In this document: positions 28,557 through 37,345 of the stretch, piece by piece | How the letters are laid out: every line of letters starts with the position of its first letter | Numbering within the stretch: position 1 is the first letter of the stretch | Virus record (IMG/VR): IMGVR_UViG_3300046513_000217 | DNA from: an uncultured virus (IMG/VR IMGVR_UViG_3300046513_000217) | Lineage: Duplodnaviria; Heunggongvirae; Uroviricota; Caudoviricetes | DNA: 64,000 nt | Direction: 5' to 3' (one strand) | Position numbers and translations under genes: made by a program | The notes under the pieces: model-generated | What the model was told of the DNA's origin: nothing | What the model saw: only the letters and a program-made list of their open reading frames with translations | Databases searched by the model: none

Positions 28557-28874
28557 TCAGAAAGGCGCGTTGTTCACTTCGTTGGATTGGCGCTGCTCAG
28601 AGGCAGCGCGGAAGGCAGCCGAGGTGGCTGCGTAGGTCGGCGACTGGCGGATCCATTCGTCCTCGTAGGACTTCACGAACACCTGCTGCGCCTGCTCGAT
28701 GAAGAAGCGAGCTGCTGCTTCACCCATCCTCGCGACCGGCTCACCGGCAACGAGCATGTCGAACTGGATGGGGTGCTTCTTGCCGTTATCCTCTTCGAGC
28801 CGGGCGGCGCGGAAGGTGATCAGACCCTGCTCCACGTTGGCGAGCGGAACGGCTTTCATTCGGGAGATGGTCAT
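28557..28874 (-). CDS. Hypothetical protein
   Basis: ATGA-coupled ORF. Confidence 0.5.
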   Translation of the reverse strand: MTISRMKAVPLANVEQGLITFRAARLEEDNGKKHPIQFDMLVAGEPVARMGEAAARFFIEQAQQVFVKSYEDEWIRQSPTYAATSAAFRAASEQRQSNEVNNAPF

Positions 28875-29503
28875 GCGGCCTCTGCTTCTTCTGCGGGGTG
28901 GTTGTCGTTGGCGAACTTGTTGGTCTCGTTGCCCCAGGCGTCCCAGCCGGGCCGCTGCACGCGGGCGAAGATGTCGGCCTTCGGATATGGCCCAGCCATC
29001 TTTGCTGCCTCGACGTAGCCCTGCTCGGGCTTGCGCGAGTGCTCGCGGCGCGGCTCAAGGATCGCGGAGCGGATGTTGCGGGCGTGGATGCGCGGCTTGC
29101 CGATCTTCCCGATGAGGAAGGGCTCATGGCAGTTGCGCAGGACGTAGCCCGTGCCGAAGGTCGGACGGCTGTTGTCCTTGACCATCTTCACCCAGACGCC
29201 CTGGGTGACGTAGGTGACGTCCCACTTGTCGAAGCAGGCGCGAGCGGCGTCGTACATGGGAGCGGTGGCGTAGAGCCAAACCCACATGCCGTCGTCGTGC
29301 GCGAGACGCTCGACATCGAGATCGAAGATGTCGTCAAGCGTCATGCAGTCGTAGTGCTGCTCTGCCGACTTGCCCTTGCCGGCGTCGGAGTAGGTCTTGA
29401 ACGACCACGGCGGGTCGATCTTCGCGAGCCCGTAGTGGTTCTCCTTCAGCGGAGCGAGGTTGAACTCCGGGGCGGGCATGATGGGGAAGGGGGAGATTTG
29501 CAT
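28871..29503 (-). CDS. MT-A70 family adenine methyltransferase
   Basis: DPPW motif, HYDCM, W.K, R.CHE, REHSRKP, FAR..RPGWDAWGN. Confidence 0.9.
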   Translation of the reverse strand: MQISPFPIMPAPEFNLAPLKENHYGLAKIDPPWSFKTYSDAGKGKSAEQHYDCMTLDDIFDLDVERLAHDDGMWVWLYATAPMYDAARACFDKWDVTYVTQGVWVKMVKDNSRPTFGTGYVLRNCHEPFLIGKIGKPRIHARNIRSAILEPRREHSRKPEQGYVEAAKMAGPYPKADIFARVQRPGWDAWGNETNKFANDNHPAEEAEAA

Positions 29504-29694
29504 TCAAGCAAACCTCCGGGCATGCCAAGGCGAGCCCTGGCTCTCGATGGCCCTGATCTGGTACATGATGATCCCTGAGCCGCGGCTCTCGGTCAGCTCG
29601 ACCGCAGCGACGCTGTCCTTCTCCAGGATCTCGATCACTCTGCGCTTCGTGGCGCACATGTTCCGGCGCTTGAAGCGCTTCAGCAGTCTCAGCA

Positions 29695-30000
29695 TCAACC
29701 CAACCCCAACTTTCCGCGCCACTCTTTCGCCTCGGCCAACAGCTCCGGCTTGATCACGACCTCGCTCGGCGTCGCCATAATCGCTTGCACCAGCAGGGCG
29801 TCCGGAAGGATCGACATGCAGGGCTGTTTCTTGTCGTCCCGCTTGCACCCGGGCTCCGTCAGCTTCTCGCGGACGGTGAACATCTCGCGCTCAGGGCCGA
29901 AGCGCTCGATCAGGCCGGCCATGTTCAGCCGACCCTCCCGATCGCACTTCGCGCACTTCACGCGGACGTAGGGCAGAGGCCACTCAGCGAGCTTCATCAC
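29695..30000 (-). CDS. Small zinc-ribbon protein
   Basis: VRVKCAKCDREGR...LIERFG. Confidence 0.6.
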   Translation of the reverse strand: MMKLAEWPLPYVRVKCAKCDREGRLNMAGLIERFGPEREMFTVREKLTEPGCKRDDKKQPCMSILPDALLVQAIMATPSEVVIKPELLAEAKEWRGKLGLG

Positions 30001-30467
30001 GCCTCCGCCGGCTTGGTGGTGTCGATCAGCTGACAGGTCACTCCAGCCTCCGCGTAGAGCGCCTGCGCGGCTTCGAGCGATGCCTTCCAGCGGACCCGGC
30101 GCTCCTCGTCCAGCTCAGGCGCAACGACGCGCTTGATGCCGGCCTGGATCACATGCAGGGCGCAACGCTCGCAGGTGAGGAACGGCCAGGTGTAGAGGGT
30201 GTAGCCGTGCAGCGGCTCGCGAGCCGTCAGGATGGCGTTGATCTCGCCATGGACCACGAGACCCATCTTTACGTCCCGGTCTTTCAGTCTGTCGGCTGTG
30301 TCGGCGATGCCACGCGGGAACCCGTTGTAGCCAAGCGAAGCAACCGTGCGGTCCGGGCGCGTGATGGCGGCGCCGACCTTCGTGCTCGGGTCTTTCGACG
30401 CAGCCGAGACCGACTGTGCGATGCCGAGGAAGTAGTGATCCCACCAGAGCTGCGAGCGCGCGTTCAT
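29997..30467 (-). CDS. dCMP deaminase
   Basis: SKDPSTKVGA, GYNGFPRG, HGEINA, CERC. Confidence 0.9.
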   Translation of the reverse strand: MNARSQLWWDHYFLGIAQSVSAASKDPSTKVGAAITRPDRTVASLGYNGFPRGIADTADRLKDRDVKMGLVVHGEINAILTAREPLHGYTLYTWPFLTCERCALHVIQAGIKRVVAPELDEERRVRWKASLEAAQALYAEAGVTCQLIDTTKPAEA

Positions 30468-30733
30468 GCAACCACCTTCAGGCTGAGGATGCAGTAGCCC
30501 GGCGACAGCACAGCGCTGGAGAAGGCGCACGGCACGGTGCGGTTGGTGATGTAGGTGACCTCCACTTCGATCTCCTCGCCCGTGTAGGCGCCGTTGATGT
30601 TGTCGTATTCCTGGAGGATCATGGTGTCCCCGACCTGAAAGCCTTCGTCCTCGCGCACGTCGTGCAGCTTGCGGCCGGCCTTGATCGCCTGGAAGAAATG
30701 GGTCCAGGACTTCTTGCGCCACTGCTGTCCCAT
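30464..30733 (-). CDS. ASCH/DUF3850 domain protein
   Basis: K.W..FFQAI..G.K..DVR....FQVGD...LQEY...YTG. Confidence 0.8.
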   Translation of the reverse strand: MGQQWRKKSWTHFFQAIKAGRKLHDVREDEGFQVGDTMILQEYDNINGAYTGEEIEVEVTYITNRTVPCAFSSAVLSPGYCILSLKVVA

Positions 30734-31410
30734 TACTTGGCGTCCTCCTGCGTGAAGTGATTGAAGCCGTCGCTGCCGACGAAGGGCTCGCACTTGGTGA
30801 CCTTGCCCTCCTTCACCGCGCGCTCGACCAAATCGAGCATCTCGGCGGTGATCGCGCCCTTATGGCCCTTGGCGCGGTAGCTCGACACAGCACGAGCCCG
30901 GAGCTGGATGCGGGGCGACAGCGTCTCGACCAAATCCATTGTCTGCGCGGGCTTCGCCGGCTCTGCGGGGCGCTCGACGTAGATCTTCTTCGGCAGCTGA
31001 GGCTGCGAAACTTCGAGACCACGGCGGCGCATGGCGTCTTCACGGCTCAACCCGAGACGGATCTCTTCGACCGTGCGACGGAAGCGCTTCGCCTTATCAT
31101 CGCCACGCTTGGTGGGTTGGGTGACGGACACCTTGGCGACGACCTTCGTTTCCGCCTGTGGTGTTGCAGCAAAGACACGAGCGGCCTTCGCCTGATCGAC
31201 GGTCAGGCCCAGCTCGATCTCCTTCGCGGTGCGCTTGAAGAAGTCCGTGCGCTTGGTTCCACGCCGAGCGACGACCGCTGTCGTTTGCGTCTCATTAACG
31301 ACTTGAGTTGCTGCCACGTCAGCAATGCTGACCTTTACTTCGGGCGCTCGGATCGCCTGGAAAACCGGCAAAACCCACTCAACTACTGATCTAAATACGT
31401 TTCGGAACAC
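30733..31410 (-). CDS. Hypothetical protein with two internal RT..EI.LGL repeats
   Basis: Long ORF with GGAAGGGA RBS; repeated peptide. Confidence 0.65.
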   Translation of the reverse strand: MFRNVFRSVVEWVLPVFQAIRAPEVKVSIADVAATQVVNETQTTAVVARRGTKRTDFFKRTAKEIELGLTVDQAKAARVFAATPQAETKVVAKVSVTQPTKRGDDKAKRFRRTVEEIRLGLSREDAMRRRGLEVSQPQLPKKIYVERPAEPAKPAQTMDLVETLSPRIQLRARAVSSYRAKGHKGAITAEMLDLVERAVKEGKVTKCEPFVGSDGFNHFTQEDAK

Positions 31411-31665
31411 CGGTCAAAATCCCTTCCCCGTTTGCATTCTTCGTTTGCATTAAAGCAAATCGAAGGGGAAAGCAAGAAGTCGTGGTTGTTCCTACCTGAA
31501 CAGGCGTTCAGTCCAAAATGCCCTGTGGAGAAGGATGTTTCAGTTTGGTTTATGCACATGCCGTAATTCTACGGAACCGAAGTCCCGCTTGCATTTTGAT
31601 GCAAACATCATTAGCAATAACCCGGAAGGCGCCCTGTAGGCCCCAAGGCAACGAGAACCATAAAA

Positions 31666-31974
31666 ATGAACACGTCGTTCCAGTACCGCTCCTACGCCGT
31701 CACCCATGATGGGAGCGCGTTCTGCGCAAAGCCGGAGGATGGGGAACCTCTGCAACTCAGATCGAAAAACCTGCTTCGGCTGACCCGTGCCATCGACACG
31801 ATGTGGAACGCTCTGGAAGGGAAGGTCACTGCGCCGTCGTGGCTGCTGGGCGATACCGATCTCGTGGATATCGATGCCGCAGCGGAAGCGATGCTGATCA
31901 TCAACCGCGCCAACAAGGTGCCGTCGTTCCCTTTGGAGCCGACGTTCGGACTGCCCGCCCGCGCCGCAGCCTGA
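31666..31974 (+). CDS. Hypothetical protein (soluble copy of duplicated domain)
   Basis: Counter-oriented ORF; similar to N-terminus of next gene. Confidence 0.7.
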   Translation: MNTSFQYRSYAVTHDGSAFCAKPEDGEPLQLRSKNLLRLTRAIDTMWNALEGKVTAPSWLLGDTDLVDIDAAAEAMLIINRANKVPSFPLEPTFGLPARAAA

Positions 31975-31982
31975 GAGGCGTC

Positions 31983-32588
31983 ATGACGACGATCTACCGG
32001 AACTACATGATCGCCCGCCTCGGCGACAAATTCGTTGCCCGGTCAACTGACGACGAGTGCCTGCTGGTCTCAACCAGCCAGCAGCGCCTCAACTCAGCGA
32101 TCGATGACTTGTGGGACTCGTTGGAGAGGGGCCGCGAGCCAGCCTGGTTCACCGGCAGCTCGGCCATCGATCTCGATACGTTTGGCCCGGAGTCGGTGCC
32201 GTCGAGCGCTGATCCTCCAGCGTCGGCCGTTCGGAAAGAGAAAACGGTCAGCTATTTGACGTTCGTCGTCACAGCTTTACTCGTCGCCGGCCCGCTTTCC
32301 TTCATTGTGGAGTGCTACTTCCCGAAAAGGGTGGACACCATGCTGACGTTGGGCGTTTGTGCTGTCGCCGTGGCGTTCGGTCGAAACTACGCTCTGCTGC
32401 TGACCGCCATAGCCGGCATCATGTACAATTTCTTCGTAGTTGAGCCTCTTTGGGATTTTTCGATCCCGACCTTAAGCGAGGCAGTCCTTTGGTGCTTTGA
32501 CGCTGTCGCAGCGCTCGGCATTCCGGAACTGCTCAAGCTGCGATGTCTGCAATCCCTACGGGGGAAAGACCGAACTCCATGCACCTGA
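31983..32588 (+). CDS. Duplicated domain fused to DUF4118/KdpD-like TM region
   Basis: GAGG RBS; AVAVAFG...ALL.AI.....YNFFVVEPL..F.I pattern; 3-4 hydrophobic helices. Confidence 0.7.
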   Translation: MTTIYRNYMIARLGDKFVARSTDDECLLVSTSQQRLNSAIDDLWDSLERGREPAWFTGSSAIDLDTFGPESVPSSADPPASAVRKEKTVSYLTFVVTALLVAGPLSFIVECYFPKRVDTMLTLGVCAVAVAFGRNYALLLTAIAGIMYNFFVVEPLWDFSIPTLSEAVLWCFDAVAALGIPELLKLRCLQSLRGKDRTPCT

Positions 32589-33186
32589 TCGTCATGTCAC
32601 TGGTGCCCGTTCCTCCCGGGCACCCCACCGCGAATTGCGGCCGACCTTCTCGGAGCATCTGTTCATTGCGTACGTGGCCGGCGAGCGCATCGTAGAGCTT
32701 GCCGTACTTGTTTCTTCTGACCGCCGCGCCCGGCCGCTCGATGTTGTCCCAGTCGGCCGGGTAGGGATCAAACGCAACACCGCGGTCCTCAGCCCACTGA
32801 CGGGCCATCCTATCAGCTCCCGAAGCCTCCCCCTCGACGATGCAGGTGATGCGCCGACGAGCATGGAGCGTGTCCAGGCCGCGATACAGCGTGGTCCTGT
32901 CGGCATAGTTGCGGCCACCGAACACGACCACGCGGAAGTTCGCCTTCAACAGGATCGAGTCGCCGTGGCAGCGGTGCGGAGCGCAGTAGCACTTCAGGTT
33001 CATGCCGGCGAGCGCCGGGACGTCCATGTCCGGCAGTTGCTCGCAGTCGAACTGATTGCACACCTGGTCGCGGTCGCCGTGCGCCCCGATGATGAACCGG
33101 TTGCCATAGGGTGAGCCCCGGCCGATGTAGATCGCATCAAGCGGAGCATCGCCGTGGTGGATGTTGAAGACTCGCGGCCCAGCCAT
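32533..33186 (-). CDS. DUF4326 + YspA/SLOG-like (DUF2493) fusion
   Basis: IYIGRGSPYGN.F, L.C.CAP..CHGD; RVVVFGGRNY, GEASGAD, RN..ML, PGG.GT.DM. Confidence 0.8.
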   Translation of the reverse strand: MAGPRVFNIHHGDAPLDAIYIGRGSPYGNRFIIGAHGDRDQVCNQFDCEQLPDMDVPALAGMNLKCYCAPHRCHGDSILLKANFRVVVFGGRNYADRTTLYRGLDTLHARRRITCIVEGEASGADRMARQWAEDRGVAFDPYPADWDNIERPGAAVRRNKYGKLYDALAGHVRNEQMLREGRPQFAVGCPGGTGTSDMTIRCMEFGLSPVGIADIAA

Positions 33187-33256
33187 CACCACATCCCCGT
33201 CACTGAAACGAACGTCACGAAGATGCTCAGCGGCAAGATCCAATACAGAAGGTCCA

Positions 33257-33553
33257 TCATCGCTTCATGTCGCAGGCGTGGCTGACGCCGTTCAACTCGA
33301 AGTCGGCGAAGCCCTGGGTGGCCGTGCAGAAGTCGAACCCGACGCCATCCTTCTCGGCGTGCCAACCATACCGACCGCAGTCCTCTATGACCTTGATGCT
33401 GTAGGTCACGCCCTTCCAAGTCAGGGTGTTCGTCGTCTCGTCGATCTTTACGGGCAGCCTTTGGCCCTTCTCCTTGCACATGTAGGTGTAGGTAGGGGCT
33501 GCGTTAGCCTGGGTGACGCCAAGGGCGAGGGTGATCAGTAGAATTTTCTTCAT
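33257..33553 (-). CDS. Small secreted protein
   Basis: Signal peptide MKKILLITLALGVTQANA; four Cys. Confidence 0.6.
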   Translation of the reverse strand: MKKILLITLALGVTQANAAPTYTYMCKEKGQRLPVKIDETTNTLTWKGVTYSIKVIEDCGRYGWHAEKDGVGFDFCTATQGFADFELNGVSHACDMKR

Positions 33554-33555
33554 CG

Positions 33556-33975
33556 TTAAGCTCCAAGTGCATTCTTCATCCAGCTGAGCTGCTCGCCCAT
33601 CTGGAGACCTTCCATCGGGATTTGAACTTTCTCGAATCGGATCGCAAGTCTGTTCATCAGGAACTCCCGGTATTGCTTGCCAGCGAGGACGAACGCCAGA
33701 TCGCCCTTCGCCCGGAGATCGTCCATCTGCCATTCGACGTGGCGTGCCCAGTCCTTGCGCTCGTGGATCGGCATCCGATTCAACGTCTTCTCGTACGGCT
33801 CGACCAACTTGTTCGGTTTGATCAGCCCGTGCTCGGCCGACAGGATGTACCAGCGGTCGGCGTTGCGGCGCGCCCACTCCCTCGCCATGCGGAACCATGG
33901 AGAGATGTAAAGGTGCTCGGCCAGCTCCGGCGTCGTCGACTTGGTCTTGACGCAGGAGACGAATGCGACCCTCAT
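33556..33975 (-). CDS. DUF6884-like protein
   Basis: VSC.K.K....A..LY.S..F, ILSAEHGL, PYE.TL, LAG..Y, G..L.W. Confidence 0.75.
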   Translation of the reverse strand: MRVAFVSCVKTKSTTPELAEHLYISPWFRMAREWARRNADRWYILSAEHGLIKPNKLVEPYEKTLNRMPIHERKDWARHVEWQMDDLRAKGDLAFVLAGKQYREFLMNRLAIRFEKVQIPMEGLQMGEQLSWMKNALGA

Positions 33976-34367
33976 GAATCATCCCTCCAAGGGTAGCGGC
34001 AATCCTTCAGGGCCTCTGTGAGACGGCCCATGATGACCGGGTCTTTGCGGATAGCGGACCACACGCGCTCGCGGGCACGAAACATGGTCTCTTCGTCCAG
34101 GGCCGGGGACTGCTCATCGTCCCAGATCATGGCGTCAATCGGCGTGACGACCTCAGCCGGCAGTTGAGGCTTCATCGGCGCCAGGTAGCGCCAGGTGATG
34201 CTCCGGTCGATGTTGGTGAACCCGAGAGACCTCAGCTCGCCTTCGATCTTGTCGGCGACCTCCCTGTCCCAGGCCGCGTAGGACACCGTGGAGTTGTCGC
34301 TGGGATCGACGGCCTCGATCAGGTGGTAATCCTCGAAGTGGTGTTCCTTGAACCAGTCTTTGGTCAT
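33972..34367 (-). CDS. Hypothetical protein
   Basis: ATGA-coupled ORF. Confidence 0.5.
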   Translation of the reverse strand: MTKDWFKEHHFEDYHLIEAVDPSDNSTVSYAAWDREVADKIEGELRSLGFTNIDRSITWRYLAPMKPQLPAEVVTPIDAMIWDDEQSPALDEETMFRARERVWSAIRKDPVIMGRLTEALKDCRYPWRDDS

Positions 34368-34750
34368 GATGCCAGTCCTGCCCAGTGGAGTTGATGGGTG
34401 TCGTCGAAGGTCCAGTTGTTGATGCGGCCGACCTGCGACGGCTGTACCCGGTTCTGCCGCATCCACGCATAGGCGCCGTTCTCTGCGGCGTGCGTGACCT
34501 TCACATGGTAGCCGCTGGCCCGGATTGCGCCAGGCGAGCCCAGCATGAACTGCCGGACCGGGTCGAGTCCGTTCCAGGCACCGGCAACGCGCCGGCACAT
34601 CAGATCGAAGGTCTCGTCGGTCATGAACGAGTGGTCGTGCCGGTAGTAGAGCAGGGACGCCACGACGATCTGCCGGGCGCAGAGGTCGAGCGACGGCCCA
34701 GCCTCCTTCGCTTTCGGCAGGTCGGCGAACAGATCCAGCGTCTCGCTCAT
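34364..34750 (-). CDS. Stand-alone NAD+-ligase domain Ia-like protein
   Basis: Q..VASLLYYRHD...MTDETFD matches ligase Ia YY..D....D..YD pattern. Confidence 0.6.
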   Translation of the reverse strand: MSETLDLFADLPKAKEAGPSLDLCARQIVVASLLYYRHDHSFMTDETFDLMCRRVAGAWNGLDPVRQFMLGSPGAIRASGYHVKVTHAAENGAYAWMRQNRVQPSQVGRINNWTFDDTHQLHWAGLAS

Positions 34751-35049
34751 CGCGGCCTCTTCGGCGGCGCCGGCCGGCGCATCCAGTGCGTTGGCTTGAC
34801 GTCGGGTGCGAGCGGGAAGCCTAGTCCGCCGCTCGGGTACCAGTTCGGCGAGTTCGGGGGCCTGTGGCCAAACCACATGTCGGTCACCCGGCCAGCGAGC
34901 AACCCACCCTCGATCCTCATGGCATTCGGGCAATAGAACTTGACCGTGCTCTGGTCGGCATCGGGCCCGGCGCTCTCGATCCAGAGATCGACCACCTCGC
35001 CCTTCGGCGCGGTCTCGATCGGCTGCCATTCCTTCGTGTCGTTCGTCAT
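34747..35049 (-). CDS. Phage protein with WQPIETAP motif (DUF551-like)
   Basis: WQPIETAPK...PTHWM..P.PP. Confidence 0.7.
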   Translation of the reverse strand: MTNDTKEWQPIETAPKGEVVDLWIESAGPDADQSTVKFYCPNAMRIEGGLLAGRVTDMWFGHRPPNSPNWYPSGGLGFPLAPDVKPTHWMRRPAPPKRPR

Positions 35050-35107
35050 CGCTTCGTCCTTGATTGGGGGAGTGGAGCCCGCCGCCGACGCGGCGAGCCC
35101 CAACGCT

Positions 35108-35341
35108 TCACGCGCTTGCGGTCCAGGGGTTTGCGAGCTTCTTCATCGAGCGCTTCCAGCTCGCCAGCGCCTCCTTCGCCGCCTTGGGTGCCGCCGCCCC
35201 CAGTTGCGTTACGACGTCCTCCAGGTCCTTCCATTCGGTCATGGAGTTGCTCCAGGGCTTCTTCGACAGGGCGACTGCCTGGGCGTGCAGCTCGGCGTTA
35301 CCGCGCCGGCTGGTCTTGGTCTTAGGCTTGGCCTTGGCCAT
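35108..35341 (-). CDS. Hypothetical basic protein
   Basis: Coupled ORF. Confidence 0.45.
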   Translation of the reverse strand: MAKAKPKTKTSRRGNAELHAQAVALSKKPWSNSMTEWKDLEDVVTQLGAAAPKAAKEALASWKRSMKKLANPWTASA

Positions 35342-35604
35342 CAGCGGAACTCCTTGCAGGCGTCGCCGCTCCGGAAGGTCCCTGACGGGCAGGTCTTTCC
35401 CGGGATCACCGGGTAGGCTCGGGGCGTGTCCTGGTGGAGCGCCTCGCACTTGTCGCCCTTGCCGACGTAGCCAGTCGGGCAGGTGCCTGTCCGCTGGATG
35501 CGCTCTCGGCCGTCGCGAGTTGGGGTTGGATAGGGGCTCTCGGCTGACGCCTGAGCGATGGAAAAGAGTGCTACGCAAGCGCCAGCGATGATCGACTTGA
35601 TCAT
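35341..35604 (-). CDS. Small secreted Cys-rich protein next to attP
   Basis: Signal peptide; two TCP.G....G..C repeats; GAGGA RBS. Confidence 0.65.
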   Translation of the reverse strand: MIKSIIAGACVALFSIAQASAESPYPTPTRDGRERIQRTGTCPTGYVGKGDKCEALHQDTPRAYPVIPGKTCPSGTFRSGDACKEFR

Positions 35605-35662
35605 GATTTTGTCCTCGAATTTTGGGTAAGATGTGGGGCGCAGGTTCAGTAGAACGAAGCGC

Positions 35663-35890
35663 TACCCCACGAAAACCCCCCGTGGAATAAGGGGAACGAA
35701 ACGGGAAACCGCGGTCTGAAACGGTTCAAAAAAGTCAATAAAATCAATAGAGACCTAGCAGAGGCCCACGTTCGGGACGCAGGGGTCGCAGGTTCGAATC
35801 CTGCCACTCCGACCAAGAATATCAGATACTTAGCGATTTCCATTTCTTCAACCCCACGAAATACCCCACGAAGAATAGCCGCCCCCCGTA
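35663..35890. mobile_element. attP site: tRNA core flanked by arm-type repeats and an IHF-like site
   Basis: ACCCCACGAA at 35664, 35851 and 35863; TATCAGATACTTA (35820-35832) fits WATCARNNNNTTR; adjacent to integrase 3' end. Confidence 0.8.
35769..35815 (+). tRNA. 3' half of tRNA-Pro(CGG), att core; not a complete tRNA
   Basis: CGTTCGGGACG anticodon arm, GCAGGTTCGAATCCTGC T-arm, ends in CCA; no D-arm or 5' acceptor strand upstream. Confidence 0.85.
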
Positions 35891-35891
35891 T

Positions 35892-37109
35892 TTAGGCTGC
35901 GGCCTTCTTCTTGACGGTCTTCTTCGAAATCTTGTCGACAGCGTCGGCCATGTAGTCCGGATGATGGTGGCCGTAGTTGCGCTCCAGCACCTCGACGCTC
36001 ATGCCAAGGTAGCCAGCGGCGGTATAGAGGTTGGCGCCCTGCTGCATTAGCCAGGTCGCAGCCGTGTGCCGCAGCGTGTGCGGCGTGACGTTGCCGCCGG
36101 AAGCCACAGTGGTGTCGACCTCGGCTCCCTTGATCACCGTCCTGAACGCCTTCTTGACGCTCTGGATGGGCTTTCCATTCCACTCGACGAAGTGCTCCTT
36201 GGCGATGCCAACGCGCACCCAGCGCCGCATGTGGGCCAGCAACCCGGGCGGAATCGGAGCGGGCGGCTGCCGCTTGTTCGTCGCCTTCTTGCCGACCGGT
36301 TTGCGGTAGAACAGGCCGCGCTCCAGGTCGACGAAGGCCTTGCCGACCGCCCGCGTCGTGGCCGCAGCCGCCAGGGAACCTGCTCGGGTTCCGGTGTAGC
36401 AGCCCATCAGCATGAAGCGGGCCACATGCCGGAGCGGCCGGCGCCCGGTAATGACCTTCTCACCCTTGTGCGGCCCGACATGGATGGTCTGCACCTCACG
36501 GTACCGGTAGGCGTACCAGATCGCAGCGGCGGCCTCGTCTCGCGTAAGCCACCGCTCGCGAGCCTCGCCCTTGTCCGGAAGCCAGACGCTGACGTTGCCG
36601 CGGTGCAGGTTCTCCTTTGCGTGGTGATTGATCGCGGCCCGGAACGCTTCCAGGTCGCGGCGGGCGCCGCCCTGGCCGCCGCCGTTCTTCTGGCGATGGG
36701 AGACGTAGCCCTTGCACAGTTTCGTGTTCACCTCGGCCAGCATCTTGCCGCTGAAGTACGCATCGAGCCGGGAGATGCGCTGCTCAAACTCGCGCTCGTC
36801 GGCGTCCTTCTCTTCGTCTGGCTTGTCGTGGTCGATCTTGTGGTCGAGGTAGACCAGCAACACCGACGCGCAGGTAATCGCCTTGATGTCGTCGGTGGTG
36901 TGCGCCTCGTGCTGATGCTTCGTGATGTAGTCGCTTAGCGCTTGTTTCGCTTCGATTGGAGGCTGCGACTGAGACGGGCTCGTAGCAACTCCTGTGGAGA
37001 CCTCGGTGGCTCCATCTCGGATGACCCAGACGGCTCGGGTGTCGAGCTTGCCTGCCTTGTAACGAGCTTTCCTCCGGGCGAGGTGCGGGCCTTGGCCGGT
37101 ACGCGACAT
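35892..37109 (-). CDS. int: Tyrosine integrase
   Basis: YTGTR, HTLRHTAATW, LGMS...Y catalytic motifs. Confidence 0.93.
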   Translation of the reverse strand: MSRTGQGPHLARRKARYKAGKLDTRAVWVIRDGATEVSTGVATSPSQSQPPIEAKQALSDYITKHQHEAHTTDDIKAITCASVLLVYLDHKIDHDKPDEEKDADEREFEQRISRLDAYFSGKMLAEVNTKLCKGYVSHRQKNGGGQGGARRDLEAFRAAINHHAKENLHRGNVSVWLPDKGEARERWLTRDEAAAAIWYAYRYREVQTIHVGPHKGEKVITGRRPLRHVARFMLMGCYTGTRAGSLAAAATTRAVGKAFVDLERGLFYRKPVGKKATNKRQPPAPIPPGLLAHMRRWVRVGIAKEHFVEWNGKPIQSVKKAFRTVIKGAEVDTTVASGGNVTPHTLRHTAATWLMQQGANLYTAAGYLGMSVEVLERNYGHHHPDYMADAVDKISKKTVKKKAAA

Positions 37110-37345
37110 AACTTCCTCATTTCATCAATATCGGCGAGCGTTGTGTACTGCTTGCCTGCGATCACTTCAATGTTGAGACGACCCTTCGCCGCCTCTCTTC
37201 TAAGTCCACGCAGCCCAATCGATCCGTCCGGGAAGGCGATGCGAGCAGCGAACTCCAGTCGCATCGGCGTGTCTCGATAGATGACGCCGATCTCAGTCTG
37301 GATTCCTCCAGACTGGATCTTATTGTCGTTCGCGTGGTCAGGCAT
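36935..37345 (-). CDS. Excisionase-like protein
   Basis: FPDGS...GLRREA.KGRL....IAGK.YTT; immediately upstream of int. Confidence 0.7.
   Translation of the reverse strand: MPDHANDNKIQSGGIQTEIGVIYRDTPMRLEFAARIAFPDGSIGLRGLRREAAKGRLNIEVIAGKQYTTLADIDEMRKLCRVPAKARTSPGGKLVTRQASSTPEPSGSSEMEPPRSPQELLRARLSRSLQSKRNKR

Noticed and set aside
35741..35815. Complete tRNA-Pro gene
   Set aside because: Only the anticodon arm to CCA is present; upstream bases cannot form the D-arm or acceptor stem.
35646..35843. 65-aa ORF containing LVGVAGFEPAT
   Set aside because: This is the typical translation of an antisense tRNA sequence, not a protein.
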